DNA from: Rhodospirillales bacterium
Lineage (GTDB): Bacteria > Pseudomonadota > Gammaproteobacteria > Steroidobacterales > JAHEKG01
Length of the DNA stretch: 64,000 nt
Reading direction: 5' to 3'
NCBI GenBank assembly: GCA_024638475.1
Contig: JAHEKG010000001.1
Span: 4,504-68,503, forward strand
The position numbers were made by a program, and so were the translations under genes. The notes beneath the pieces are model-generated. The model was given only the letters and a program-made list of their open reading frames with translations, had not been told where the DNA came from and searched no databases. Every line of letters begins with the position of its first letter. Position 1 is the stretch's first letter. This document shows positions 9,262 through 18,622 of this stretch, one piece after another.

Positions 9262-9711
9262 TTAGTTCGCCAGGCGGTAGTTGTCGTGACAGCCTTTACA
9301 GGTGCCGGCGAGCGCGCCAAAGGCTTTGCCGATGGCTGCTGGATCACCGGCATCGGCCGCGTCGGCAAAACTCTCTGCCGCAGCCTGAGAGTCTGCCACT
9401 GCTTTCGCAAACCCAGCCGCGTCGGTCCAGATGACGGCTAACGCTTCTGTTTCGCCGGCGGCAGGGCCCGAGCCGGCAGGGAAGATGTCGTTGATGGTCG
9501 AGACTGTTTCGGCCATCGCCGCCGCTTGGGCTCGCATATGGTCGTAGTCGACTTTGTTACGCACCATGGCGGCGATCGCACCTGCGTGGGCACCAATGGC
9601 GCTCATGACCGTTTTGCGGTAGTCGATTAAATCCTTACCGGTAGGTTCCGCCCAGAGGGTGGTCGTGCACAGGGTGCACATGGCTAGAGCAAGTATCAGG
9701 ACACGTTTCAT
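9262..9711 (-). CDS. class II c-type cytochrome (cytochrome c' / c-556 family)
   Basis: Has a signal peptide, a roughly 125 aa helical body and a single CxxCH close to the C-terminus ('CKGCHDNYR'), which is the class II hallmark. Its stop codon directly abuts the start codon of the downstream dihaem cytochrome gene. Confidence 0.8.
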   Translation of the reverse strand: MKRVLILALAMCTLCTTTLWAEPTGKDLIDYRKTVMSAIGAHAGAIAAMVRNKVDYDHMRAQAAAMAETVSTINDIFPAGSGPAAGETEALAVIWTDAAGFAKAVADSQAAAESFADAADAGDPAAIGKAFGALAGTCKGCHDNYRLAN

Positions 9712-9754
9712 ACAGATTTCTCCAATTGAGAGTTAAAGCGAGTTGAGATTAAAG

Positions 9755-10147
9755 CTAGTTTGAGGAGCGAGACTTAAAGGCGGCAATGGCGAGCAATAGC
9801 CACGCGGCCATGAAAGATATGCCACCGATCGGCGCCGCCATGACCACGATTCGAGGCGCACCGAAGGTTAGCAGATAAATACTGCCCGAGAAAAAAAAGA
9901 TGCCTACAACGATAAGCCAGCCGGACCAGCGTGGCAGGCGGCTGTCGGGAAATTGGTTGGCGGCGAACGCGACGGCAAACAGGCCCAATGCTTGGTAAAA
10001 GTGGTAGCTGACGCCGGACTGGAACGTTTCCATCTGGTCGGAGGTTAAGACATCCTCAAGAGAATGAGTCCCGAAAGCCCCCAGCATGGTGGCAGCCGCG
10101 AGGAATAGGGCGCCGAGGCCGCTGAACAGGCGCGTGGTCGCGTTCAT
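9755..10147 (-). CDS. DUF423 (YgdD-like) small inner-membrane protein
   Basis: A 130 aa protein with four predicted TM helices. The N-terminus 'LGAFGTHSL' and overall pattern match what I remember of DUF423. Confidence 0.75.
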   Translation of the reverse strand: MNATTRLFSGLGALFLAAATMLGAFGTHSLEDVLTSDQMETFQSGVSYHFYQALGLFAVAFAANQFPDSRLPRWSGWLIVVGIFFFSGSIYLLTFGAPRIVVMAAPIGGISFMAAWLLLAIAAFKSRSSN

Positions 10148-10178
10148 AATTCGGGAGGGTTGTTCATGTTACCCAACA

Positions 10179-11246
10179 TTATACCTTCCGGCGCACCCTG
10201 GCCTCGCCCACCTGGCAAACGCTCACGCCACGGTTAGCGCCCGTAAATAGCCCCTGCAGGGTCATGGGCATGTTTTCCAGGCCCGCTGTGATGTCCTCGC
10301 AGGGGCGCAGCTTGCCTGCGCTGAACCATCGCGCGAGCAAGGCGCCCGCTGTCTCGAATTCCTGCTCGTAGTCGAAGACGAAGAAACCCTGCATGCGCGC
10401 CCGACGGCGCACCAGGTAGACATAGTTCTTCGGGCCGGCCGGCGTGTCCGTGTAATCGGTGGCGATGTAGCCGCAGATGGCGACGCGAGCGCCGAGCTTC
10501 AAGCGCTCTAAGGCCGCCTCGAGTTGCGGTCCGCCAACATTGTCGAAGAACACGTCGATGCCCTCCGGGCAATGCCGGTCAAGCGCCGCGCCGACGTTTT
10601 CGTTCTTGTAATCGATGGCCGCCGTGGCGCCGAGATAATCCGTCATCCAGGCTGATTTCTTTCGGCCGCCGGCGATGCCGACGATCCGGCCTGCGCCCAG
10701 ACAGCGAGCAACCTGAATGGCGCAAGAACCAATGCCCCCGGCTCCGGCGGAGATCACGACCGTGTTGCCAGGCGCGAGGTTGGCCACGTCGCTCAGTCCG
10801 AAGTAGGCGGTAAGCCCTGCCGCGCCGAGAATGCCTAGATTGAGGGACGGCGCGAGCGACGGGTTTGCGAGTTTGCGAGTCGATAGCACACCCTGCTGTA
10901 CGGGCGTCACCACCACATAGTCTTGCCAACCTGTCGTGGCCATGACTTGGTCGCCCGGCTCGAAGTCGGCGTGTCGTGACGCCGCGACTTCCGCGACGCC
11001 GCGCCCGCGCATGACCGAGCCGAGCGGCGCCTTCTCGTGCATGCTTTTGGTTTTGGAAATGTAGCCGCGTTGTGCCGGCGAGGTGCCCAGGCACAGCGTC
11101 CGTAACAGCACTTGCCCGGATGCGGGTGAGGGGACGGGGACCTCGACCAAATCGAAGTGCTCCGGCCCCACCAATTCGTCCAACGCCGGATTGGCTCGTA
11201 CAAGCCATTGCCGATTGCGGCCCTCCGGTGGTGTACTCAGCGTCAA
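10179..11246 (-). CDS. NADP-dependent oxidoreductase, medium-chain (YncB / alkenal-enone reductase-like) family
   Basis: Shows an MDR fold pattern and the Rossmann motif 'VVISAGAGGIGSCAIQVA'. It lacks zinc-ligand cysteines. The start is TTG. Confidence 0.8.
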   Translation of the reverse strand: MTLSTPPEGRNRQWLVRANPALDELVGPEHFDLVEVPVPSPASGQVLLRTLCLGTSPAQRGYISKTKSMHEKAPLGSVMRGRGVAEVAASRHADFEPGDQVMATTGWQDYVVVTPVQQGVLSTRKLANPSLAPSLNLGILGAAGLTAYFGLSDVANLAPGNTVVISAGAGGIGSCAIQVARCLGAGRIVGIAGGRKKSAWMTDYLGATAAIDYKNENVGAALDRHCPEGIDVFFDNVGGPQLEAALERLKLGARVAICGYIATDYTDTPAGPKNYVYLVRRRARMQGFFVFDYEQEFETAGALLARWFSAGKLRPCEDITAGLENMPMTLQGLFTGANRGVSVCQVGEARVRRKV

Positions 11247-11255
11247 CGGCGGGAC

Positions 11256-12290
11256 CTAACCGCTGTGTTGCGCTTCGATGCGTAAGCCTGCCGGCGAGCG
11301 GAATACCAAGACATCGCCCGTGCCCAATAGGCTGTTAATGTCGGCGATTTCCTCGAACGGGATGCCCAACTCTCGCAAGCGTGTCTTGAGCGGCGTCAGG
11401 TCCGCCAATTCGTAGCGGACGTGCAAGGTTCCTAAAGCGGGTGGTAGGGCGCGGGGATAGCGGTCCGTACCTTCGACGCCCTGGTAATCCACGATTTCCA
11501 TGCGGCCGAATTCATCGGCCTCCTGGCCGAGGACGCGGACGTCGAGCCCTGCGCCCTTCGGTAGGCCCACCATTTGCTCGATGGTTTCGCCGGTGAGAAG
11601 GTTTTTCGATAGGACCTCGAGCCCGAATAGAGTGACGTAAAAGTCTTCCTCTTGTTGCGCATCGGGAACGATCGTGATGAGCGGGCCGACGCCGGCGAAG
11701 CCCTTGGGCGAGTAGGGTAGTTCTTCGCCGATGACCTCTAATAACACGATGTTGGTGTCGTCATGGCCATGCATGTGGATTTCCCTGAAGGTCGTGCCTC
11801 CCGCCGCCGTAACTTCGCTGTAGTTGTCGCTGCGAAACGGCCGCCCGTCGGCTTTCATGCGCGCAAATTTGGCCGGCAGGTCTTTGACGTGGATGTCTAG
11901 GTTCTTCGGCAATAAATCGAAAACTTCGGCGCCGGCGCGGACGGGTTCGCCGGGGCTGGTGAATTGAACCAAGTGCACGAGTCCATGCGGTACACCCGGC
12001 GTTCCCACCACGGCCTGCCGGGCAATGGCTTCACCGCCGCCCAGCCCCCAGAGCTTGGCCAGACCCTCGTCCGGCCCATCCCGCCTGGTGCGGACATCGA
12101 AACCAAACTCGTCGGTCCAAAGGGGCAAGGCGCTATCGAGGTCGGCAACGCCGACGGTCACATGGGTCCATGACATCATATCCAGTTCTCCTTGCGGCTT
12201 CGAAACCGCGGCTGGGGGTTCGCCGGTAGTGCATGCGCAAATCGCAAACAGCATTAGGCTTATTAGGCTTGTTTTATTGAAGGGAATCAT
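11256..12290 (-). CDS. two-domain VOC (glyoxalase/dioxygenase-like) lipoprotein
   Basis: The N-terminal signal contains a Cys-bearing lipobox-like 'FAICAC'. Two repeats resemble VOC beta-alpha-beta-beta-beta modules ('WTHVTVGVADLDSAL...', 'GPLITIVPDAQQEEDFY'). ATGA start/stop overlap with the upstream gene. Confidence 0.55.
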   Translation of the reverse strand: MIPFNKTSLISLMLFAICACTTGEPPAAVSKPQGELDMMSWTHVTVGVADLDSALPLWTDEFGFDVRTRRDGPDEGLAKLWGLGGGEAIARQAVVGTPGVPHGLVHLVQFTSPGEPVRAGAEVFDLLPKNLDIHVKDLPAKFARMKADGRPFRSDNYSEVTAAGGTTFREIHMHGHDDTNIVLLEVIGEELPYSPKGFAGVGPLITIVPDAQQEEDFYVTLFGLEVLSKNLLTGETIEQMVGLPKGAGLDVRVLGQEADEFGRMEIVDYQGVEGTDRYPRALPPALGTLHVRYELADLTPLKTRLRELGIPFEEIADINSLLGTGDVLVFRSPAGLRIEAQHSG

Positions 12291-12976
12291 TCGAAGGGTA
12301 CCTCGATCGCGGCGCAGACGAATTTCATGAGCGGCGTTGCGGATCGAAAGATAGCGGCAACATCGGTCACGAGAGCCGGACTCGTCAGTGACTCATGGGC
12401 CAGGTTGCTGATGGCGATGAAGTCCTTGCGTTTCAGGTCGTCGATCAAGGGATGATCTTTGGCGAACCCGCGGGGCGGGCGGATCAAGGTACCGCCACCG
12501 AGCTCGAAATTTTGCTTGAAACGCTTATTGTCGACGGCCCGCCGCCAGGCGGCCGGCCTGTCGGCGATTGCGGCGCGGATCTTGCCCACCGTGGCCGAGT
12601 CGGGGCGCCAGATGCCGGCGCCGAGAAATACGCTGTCCGGGTCGAAATGAAAGTAATAGCCAGGAGCGTGGACGTCTTTGCCTAGCTCGTGGCGAAATTG
12701 AATGCCCACATTCGTCTTGAAAGGGGTTTTGTCGCGGGAAAAGCGAATATCTCGATAAGGCCTCATCAGTGAGCCGCCGACTTTCTTCGGAATGGCCACG
12801 AAACTCGGCGCGAACTTGCTGAGCGGCTTGGAAAATTCCGTAATGAAATCCAACGCGGGCTCGCGTACGCAGCGCTCGTAGTCGCTTTTATGCTCCTGGA
12901 ACCACTCCCGCTCATTATTGGCGCGCAAGTCCGCGAGAAACTCGATGGCTTTGATAGGAAATCCGTTAAACGTCAC
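12287..12976 (-). CDS. DUF2461 (TIGR02453) family protein
   Basis: 'FLADLRANNEREWFQEHKSDYE' is the family's characteristic N-terminal block. I prefer GTG 12976, which follows an AAGAGG ribosome-binding site, over the track start 13036, which would overlap dctM. Confidence 0.75.
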   Translation of the reverse strand: MTFNGFPIKAIEFLADLRANNEREWFQEHKSDYERCVREPALDFITEFSKPLSKFAPSFVAIPKKVGGSLMRPYRDIRFSRDKTPFKTNVGIQFRHELGKDVHAPGYYFHFDPDSVFLGAGIWRPDSATVGKIRAAIADRPAAWRRAVDNKRFKQNFELGGGTLIRPPRGFAKDHPLIDDLKRKDFIAISNLAHESLTSPALVTDVAAIFRSATPLMKFVCAAIEVPFE

Positions 12977-12986
12977 ATTGGCCTCT

Positions 12987-14294
12987 TTATCCCAACACTT
13001 GACCGGGGAGCCATGCCGCGAGCCCGGGAAAAACAAAAACCATCGCCGCCACGGCGAGCATGAGGACCCAATACGGCAGCGCCCCTCTAAATATCTCGCC
13101 CTGCGTCACCGTTGGATCGGGTACCGCTGATTTTACCGTAAAGATGAGTAGGCCAAGGGGAGGTGTCAGCAGGCCAGCCTCAATAACGATGATCCCGTAG
13201 ATGGCAAAGGCCACTTCGTCGATTCCGGCGGCCATGGCGACGGGGAAGAAGATAGGTAACGTCAGCAGGATACCGGAAATGGAATCGATAATAGTTCCGA
13301 GCAGCAACCAGACCAGGGTCATGACGACTATGGTGGCGAACGGCCCGAAACCAGCCCCAGTGAAGAGTTCTTCTATGAGCCCCATGCCGCCGCTGACGGC
13401 CAGCATCCGTGAATACATCGAGCCGGCGATCAGCAGCAATAATATCGGCGCGGTCGAACGGCCTGACTCGAAGATGGCTTCCATAAATGCAGCGCGCCCC
13501 ATGCCCTTGCCCCAGCCTATCAATAGGCTGCCAATCACGCCGAAGCCGGCCGCTTCGGTGGGCGTAAATACGCCGAGCCAAATGCCGCCCAGTACTACAG
13601 CGACCAGGGCCGATATGGCCGCGGCGCTGACGAGGCCGGCGGCCGCGTTCTCGGCTAGCGCGGGACTGCCGGCCGGCGCCAAGTCGGGTTGCCGCCATGC
13701 CGCCACGGCGCAATACAGGACAAAGACGAGCCCGAGGACAATCCCGGGGACGACGCCGCCCAGGAACAGCGCACCTACCGATGCCTCGGTGAGGATCGCC
13801 CAGACAATCATCAAGATGCTGGGCGGTATCAACATGCCCAAACTGCCACTACCGGCGATCACGCCTAGTGCATAGGACTTTTGGTAGCCAAGACGGCGCA
13901 TTTCCGGATAGGCGATCCGGCCGAACGTCGCCGCAGACGCAATTGCCACGCCCGACACGGATGCGAAGCCCGCATTAGCGAGTACGGTAGCGGCGGCTAA
14001 TCGTCCCGGCACGAATCGCATCGCGCGGTTGCACATGAGGTAGATATCACGCGCCGCGCCTGACCGGCTCAAGACTTCGCCCATGAGCATGAACAGCGGT
14101 ATTACCGCCAGCGAGTGGCTGCGAATCGAGTCGTAGGCCGTTGAGCTCAAGATCGACAGCGCAATGTTGAGATCCCCATAACTTAAGAACACACCGACGA
14201 AGCTAGCCAACCCCAACGCGACGGCAACATGGACACCCAGCAGCACCAGCATGAGCAAGATGCCGAGGGAATAGAAAATGGCCTCTGGCCCCAT
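12987..14294 (-). CDS. dctM: TRAP transporter large permease subunit
   Basis: A polytopic membrane protein of about 435 aa with a typical DctM pattern. ATG 14294 overlaps the dctQ stop (TGATG coupling). Confidence 0.9.
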   Translation of the reverse strand: MGPEAIFYSLGILLMLVLLGVHVAVALGLASFVGVFLSYGDLNIALSILSSTAYDSIRSHSLAVIPLFMLMGEVLSRSGAARDIYLMCNRAMRFVPGRLAAATVLANAGFASVSGVAIASAATFGRIAYPEMRRLGYQKSYALGVIAGSGSLGMLIPPSILMIVWAILTEASVGALFLGGVVPGIVLGLVFVLYCAVAAWRQPDLAPAGSPALAENAAAGLVSAAAISALVAVVLGGIWLGVFTPTEAAGFGVIGSLLIGWGKGMGRAAFMEAIFESGRSTAPILLLLIAGSMYSRMLAVSGGMGLIEELFTGAGFGPFATIVVMTLVWLLLGTIIDSISGILLTLPIFFPVAMAAGIDEVAFAIYGIIVIEAGLLTPPLGLLIFTVKSAVPDPTVTQGEIFRGALPYWVLMLAVAAMVFVFPGLAAWLPGQVLG

Positions 14295-14779
14295 CAAGCC
14301 TGCTGCTCCTTGCGCCAATCGCGTATCAGCATCACGGCATAGATGTAGGCGACAAAAACAGAGTTGACCATTATCAATACGCGCACTGGATACGTCGGCA
14401 CCCGCAGCGCGCCTTCACCTTCATATTCACGGACGAGAAATGCCTCGTATGCGGGGGTGACCGAACTCCAGCAGATGGCGAGAAAGAAAAGCAGCCCGGT
14501 GACGTAGGTGACTGCTCGACAATAACGTTGTGTCACTTCGCCGATGCGATCGTAGAGAAACGTCGTTCTAATCATGTCGCCGCGGTAGACGGCTAAGGGA
14601 ATCTGCAGGAAAGTAATCGTGACGATGGAGTTCTTGATAATTTCCGTCGTCCCCAACAGCGGGCTGCCGAAAAGGTATCTACCCGTTACGTCCACAACGA
14701 TGATCACCGCAATCCCAATGACCCAGCTGGCCGAGACCGCATGGATCAGTCTGGCGATATTACCGATGCGGTCGGTCAT
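14294..14779 (-). CDS. dctQ: TRAP transporter small permease subunit
   Basis: A 161 aa, four-TM protein sitting between the DctP- and DctM-type genes. Confidence 0.8.
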   Translation of the reverse strand: MTDRIGNIARLIHAVSASWVIGIAVIIVVDVTGRYLFGSPLLGTTEIIKNSIVTITFLQIPLAVYRGDMIRTTFLYDRIGEVTQRYCRAVTYVTGLLFFLAICWSSVTPAYEAFLVREYEGEGALRVPTYPVRVLIMVNSVFVAYIYAVMLIRDWRKEQQA

Positions 14780-14794
14780 GGCATCTTTCTGTGT

Positions 14795-15859
14795 TTAATC
14801 AATGGCGTAGGACACCGGAAGTTCGTGGCCGCTCGCCTGGATAAGCCGAATGTAGGTGCGCAATATGTCCGTGCCCGGCATCTCCCTGGAGTTGGCCTCC
14901 TGGGCCATTTTGTTGGGAAAGTATTGTAGCGACCGGGCCCACTTCAGCCGTACCGCTGGGTCCAGCGTCCGGACCGTCGCGCCGGCGTTTTCCAGATCGC
15001 GGAGCCCCTCCGCTTGGCGCCGGTCTAATAACTCCGCAGCCCACGATTCATATTCCACCCCCACCTCCCTGATGATGTCTCTCACGCCCGCGGGTAAACG
15101 TCCGAGGGACCGCTGATTCATCGTGATGATTGCCGCACCGCCCATGGCCCCAAACCCGATTAGGGTGTAGTTGGGTGACGGTTCGTGAAACTTGTAGGCA
15201 AAGTAGGATGACGGGTACATGAGCCAACCCGAATAGACTCCGGTGGACATGGCCATGTAACCATCGGGTAGCGAGGATTGCACGGGCACCACGCCGGCAA
15301 ACTCGAGCCACGGTAGATTGGGTCCGGCGCCAGCAATTTTTACGCCTTGAAGGTCACGAATATCCTGCCACGGTTCAACGGTCCCCAAGTGGTAATTATC
15401 GAAACCGCTGAGCGCCAATAGGGTCTGGTTGTATTTCATCTCCAGTTGCTCTACCAGCCATGGATGCTGAGCGTAGACTTGCCGACTAATACTGATGGCC
15501 GATTGCGCGTCTTGGGGGCCGAACGGCACGAAATATTGGAAGTTGTGCAGAAACAACTTGGCAGGCTCAAAGCAGGTGCAAAAACCGCCAATGTCCAGGA
15601 TTCCGATTTGCACCGCCTCGAGCGTTTCCGCCACCGACGCAATGGACCCGCCATAGCCCTCGATGACTCGCAGTTCATGTTCCGTTTGTTCGCTGACGCG
15701 ACGTTTCATCTCCGGCACGAGGAAATCGTGCATGGCGGCGGAGTAGACGGTGCCCCGCGCAGGGTGGCCGGCACCGACTCTCAACGTGAAAGTCTCAGCA
15801 TGGGCTACCGCCTGGGCAACGACGATGATGAGGGCGACTAATGCGAGTCGGTTGCACAT
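14795..15859 (-). CDS. dctP: TRAP transporter solute-binding subunit (DctP family)
   Basis: Has a signal peptide, is about 330 aa when mature, and is the first gene of the dctPQM order. Confidence 0.85.
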   Translation of the reverse strand: MCNRLALVALIIVVAQAVAHAETFTLRVGAGHPARGTVYSAAMHDFLVPEMKRRVSEQTEHELRVIEGYGGSIASVAETLEAVQIGILDIGGFCTCFEPAKLFLHNFQYFVPFGPQDAQSAISISRQVYAQHPWLVEQLEMKYNQTLLALSGFDNYHLGTVEPWQDIRDLQGVKIAGAGPNLPWLEFAGVVPVQSSLPDGYMAMSTGVYSGWLMYPSSYFAYKFHEPSPNYTLIGFGAMGGAAIITMNQRSLGRLPAGVRDIIREVGVEYESWAAELLDRRQAEGLRDLENAGATVRTLDPAVRLKWARSLQYFPNKMAQEANSREMPGTDILRTYIRLIQASGHELPVSYAID

Positions 15860-16002
15860 TTTAGTGAGGTATTCTCGGCTTAGCAGCGGATTAATTCCGT
15901 TGCATATTGTTGTTTTGTTGGGGCCGCGGCGATTGATTGCCCGAATGTTGATACCAAGAATGGTCCGTTAATACAAGCGTACTCGCGACGAGCAAGCAGC
16001 GA

Positions 16003-17592
16003 TCAGTGGATTGCCTGCAACAAAGCTACGACATTGCTGATGTCTACGTCCGCCGCCATCGAAACCGTGACGGCATGTTCGCGTTCTATCTCCATCAGTG
16101 GTTCATGGGTTTGAATTTGGTGGTCGAGGACGGTGAGATCCGCCTCTGAAGCGTCCTTGCCGGCCGTGCGCCGTGCTTCAATGCGTTGTCGCAGCACGGA
16201 GGTCGGTGCCTGGCAATCCAGGATCCGCCAGGTCACGCCGCGCTCTTCGGCGACCGTCGCGAACAGCTTGCGTTGCCAGGCCTTTAGGCAGGCCGCGTCG
16301 ACGATCACCGTGAGGTTCGCGGCGAGCAACTCGCCCGCCAGTTGCGCCAGATGGTCGTAAGTAAGCTGCGTCGCTGCCGCAGTGTAAAGGCCGGATTCGA
16401 TGCCGGAATGGCTATCAAACTCCGTCGCCAACCCGTGAATGGATTTTCTGATCAGGTCGGCTCGCAGACGGATGGCGGTTATTCGGGCGAGCAAGCGATC
16501 CGTTAACCAGGTCTTTCCCGAGCCGGACAATCCATGTGTGATTAGGAGCTTCGGGCGTGGTTTTTTGGTCAATCGAACCGCGAGATCGAGGTAGTCCGCC
16601 GTGGCCGGTTGAGCAACGACCTCCGAGTGGGCGGCGTGGGTCTGGGCTGCTGTGAGCGCCGCCACCTTAGCGCGGACGACGCAGTAATACACACGGTACA
16701 AATCGATAAGCGTTGCCGAGCGGTAATCGGCAGTGGTTTCCAAGTATCGGTTGAACAGCCAGAAAGCCAGGTCCTCTCTGTTTCTGGCGGCTAGATCCAT
16801 GCCCAGAAAGCTTACTTCGCTAATGACGTCGAGCCAGCGGAAATCGCCGTTGAATTCGAGGCAGTCGAATGCGATCAGCCGGTCTTTGATTCGCACGATA
16901 TTGGCGGTATGTAAGTCGCCATGACCCTCACGCACCCAGCCGGCTGATTTTCGCTCGCGCATGTACGGCTCCAGGGCGAGCAAATGTTTGTCGGACCAGC
17001 GCTGGATTGACTTTAGTTTGTCGAGGTCCTGGGTTTCTTGGAGCAGTGGCTGGAGTTGCTGGTAGTTAAGCCCTGCGGCTCGGCTGAAATTCGCCGGACT
17101 GCCGTGCTGCCAGTCGGCCGGGCAGGGCGGTAGGCCGAGGTGAAACCGAGCAAGTTCCGCGGCAAACGCACCGAGTTCGTTGCTAGTCAGCTGATCTCGA
17201 GCGAGCAGTCGGTCCAAGGTCGCCCGATGATCAAATTGACGCATTTTAACCGCGTACTCGATCGCTGGTCCTTCGCCGCCTAACTTCGGTGAGCCAGGCG
17301 ATCCTGCCACGACAACTACGCCTAGATACAAGTCTGGTGCCAAGCGACGGTTCAGCCTCACTTCTTCTTCGCAGAAGTGTTTTCTGAGCGCAAGGGAGGA
17401 GAAATCGACGAACTCGAGATCGACGGGTTTCTTGATCTTGTACGCATAACGACCCGTCAACAAGACCCAAGAGATATGGGTCTCGATTAGTTTGATGGTC
17501 TGCACCGGGTGCGGATAAGCGTCTCGATTGAGCAAACCGGCGGCGACCTCCGCACCGACCTCCACCGAGCCCCCCAACATTCGAATTCCCAT
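16003..17592 (-). CDS. fusion of an aminoglycoside-phosphotransferase-like kinase domain and a P-loop (AAA_33-like) kinase domain
   Basis: The N-terminal half is APH/choline-kinase-like ('HGDLHTANIV' catalytic loop). The C-terminal half has the Walker A motif 'GLSGSGKT'. Confidence 0.8.
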   Translation of the reverse strand: MGIRMLGGSVEVGAEVAAGLLNRDAYPHPVQTIKLIETHISWVLLTGRYAYKIKKPVDLEFVDFSSLALRKHFCEEEVRLNRRLAPDLYLGVVVVAGSPGSPKLGGEGPAIEYAVKMRQFDHRATLDRLLARDQLTSNELGAFAAELARFHLGLPPCPADWQHGSPANFSRAAGLNYQQLQPLLQETQDLDKLKSIQRWSDKHLLALEPYMRERKSAGWVREGHGDLHTANIVRIKDRLIAFDCLEFNGDFRWLDVISEVSFLGMDLAARNREDLAFWLFNRYLETTADYRSATLIDLYRVYYCVVRAKVAALTAAQTHAAHSEVVAQPATADYLDLAVRLTKKPRPKLLITHGLSGSGKTWLTDRLLARITAIRLRADLIRKSIHGLATEFDSHSGIESGLYTAAATQLTYDHLAQLAGELLAANLTVIVDAACLKAWQRKLFATVAEERGVTWRILDCQAPTSVLRQRIEARRTAGKDASEADLTVLDHQIQTHEPLMEIEREHAVTVSMAADVDISNVVALLQAIH

Positions 17593-17878
17593 TAGCCCGC
17601 GTCTTTAAAATGTTGAGCAACAAGTGACTACTGTCCGGGTTTTTGGCGATGGGGGGAATACGTAGCAACCCGTACTACGGCCCGCTTGAGCGCTCATTCG
17701 CCTCCGTGCGTCCGAGACTTTAGAATGTCCGGTCTCGGATACCGTAAGATGTCCGTACCTGGCTAGGTCCCAAAATCATTGGTTTCCGAAACCTGCCGTT
17801 CGAATGGCTGCTTTAGGGTAGTGATAACAGTCCGTTTTCGGCCAGAACCAGCCGTTCGCGTTTCGCAAGACGGACGAT

Positions 17879-18406
17879 TTAAGAACCCAAGACGCGGGAA
17901 AATCTGTAGACCAAATACCCATGTTCGCACTGATGATTCGCGGATACGAACTGTGCGGTCCAAAACGCAGGTTCTTTGGTATCAAGACCCGAATCTCGCA
18001 GATAATGCTCTATTTCAAGCTCGTTGAATACTCGATTGGTTGAAAGTATCTTTTCGATATCCGAGGTGCTGCTTCCTTCCTGGATACCTATTCTCGCATT
18101 GTAAATATGGTCGATGGACTTGGGCTCGTATTTACAAAATTTCGCATAGAGTGAAGGGTTTGCCTCAATGAAATCCGACAATTCTTTAGCCGCCTGCTTA
18201 TCCAACTTCTCGACAAATCCAGGATGGCAACAATCCTCGGTAAATGACCGCTTGAAGGAGTCAAGGACAAATCTCTTCGAAAAGACTGTGGTTATTTCTT
18301 GCTTTGATCCGGTCGCGGGGTCCTTTCCGATGTACCGGAGTATTCTGTAAATCTGCCAAATTCCAGATCCATAGCTACGGACCCAATCTCCTTCTTGCAG
18401 CTCCAA
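17879..18406 (-). CDS. orphan hypothetical protein in low-GC islet
   Basis: A 175-codon ORF with a TTG start, with a GGAG whose 3' end lies 6 nt upstream. Its composition is clearly AT-richer than the flanks. No domain recognised. Confidence 0.5.
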   Translation of the reverse strand: MELQEGDWVRSYGSGIWQIYRILRYIGKDPATGSKQEITTVFSKRFVLDSFKRSFTEDCCHPGFVEKLDKQAAKELSDFIEANPSLYAKFCKYEPKSIDHIYNARIGIQEGSSTSDIEKILSTNRVFNELEIEHYLRDSGLDTKEPAFWTAQFVSANHQCEHGYLVYRFSRVLGS

Positions 18407-18622
18407 TCTGATACTCCGAATCCAATAGGTTTATTCGCAATGGGTCTATCCCGACCGTCTGCAAAGGGTCAGTAGCAGCTCCCCAGCATTTTAGCAGCCG
18501 GCCGGCGGCTAACGGCCGGAAGCAGTCCCTAAGTCCGAGCTCGCTTCTGCGAAAACGGGGCCAGACCAACAGAGCATAAGAAGTCATGCTGTTGCGAGTC
18601 TCAAAAACCGAGGCAAGGGTAG

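Noticed and set aside
17871-17897. A possible attachment-site repeat of the tRNA 3' end at the far edge of the low-GC islet (GAACCCAAGAC against the tRNA's GAACCTACGAC).
   Set aside because: Only about 9 of 11 positions match, with poor flanking similarity. That is too short and degenerate to call an att duplication, and no integrase is present.
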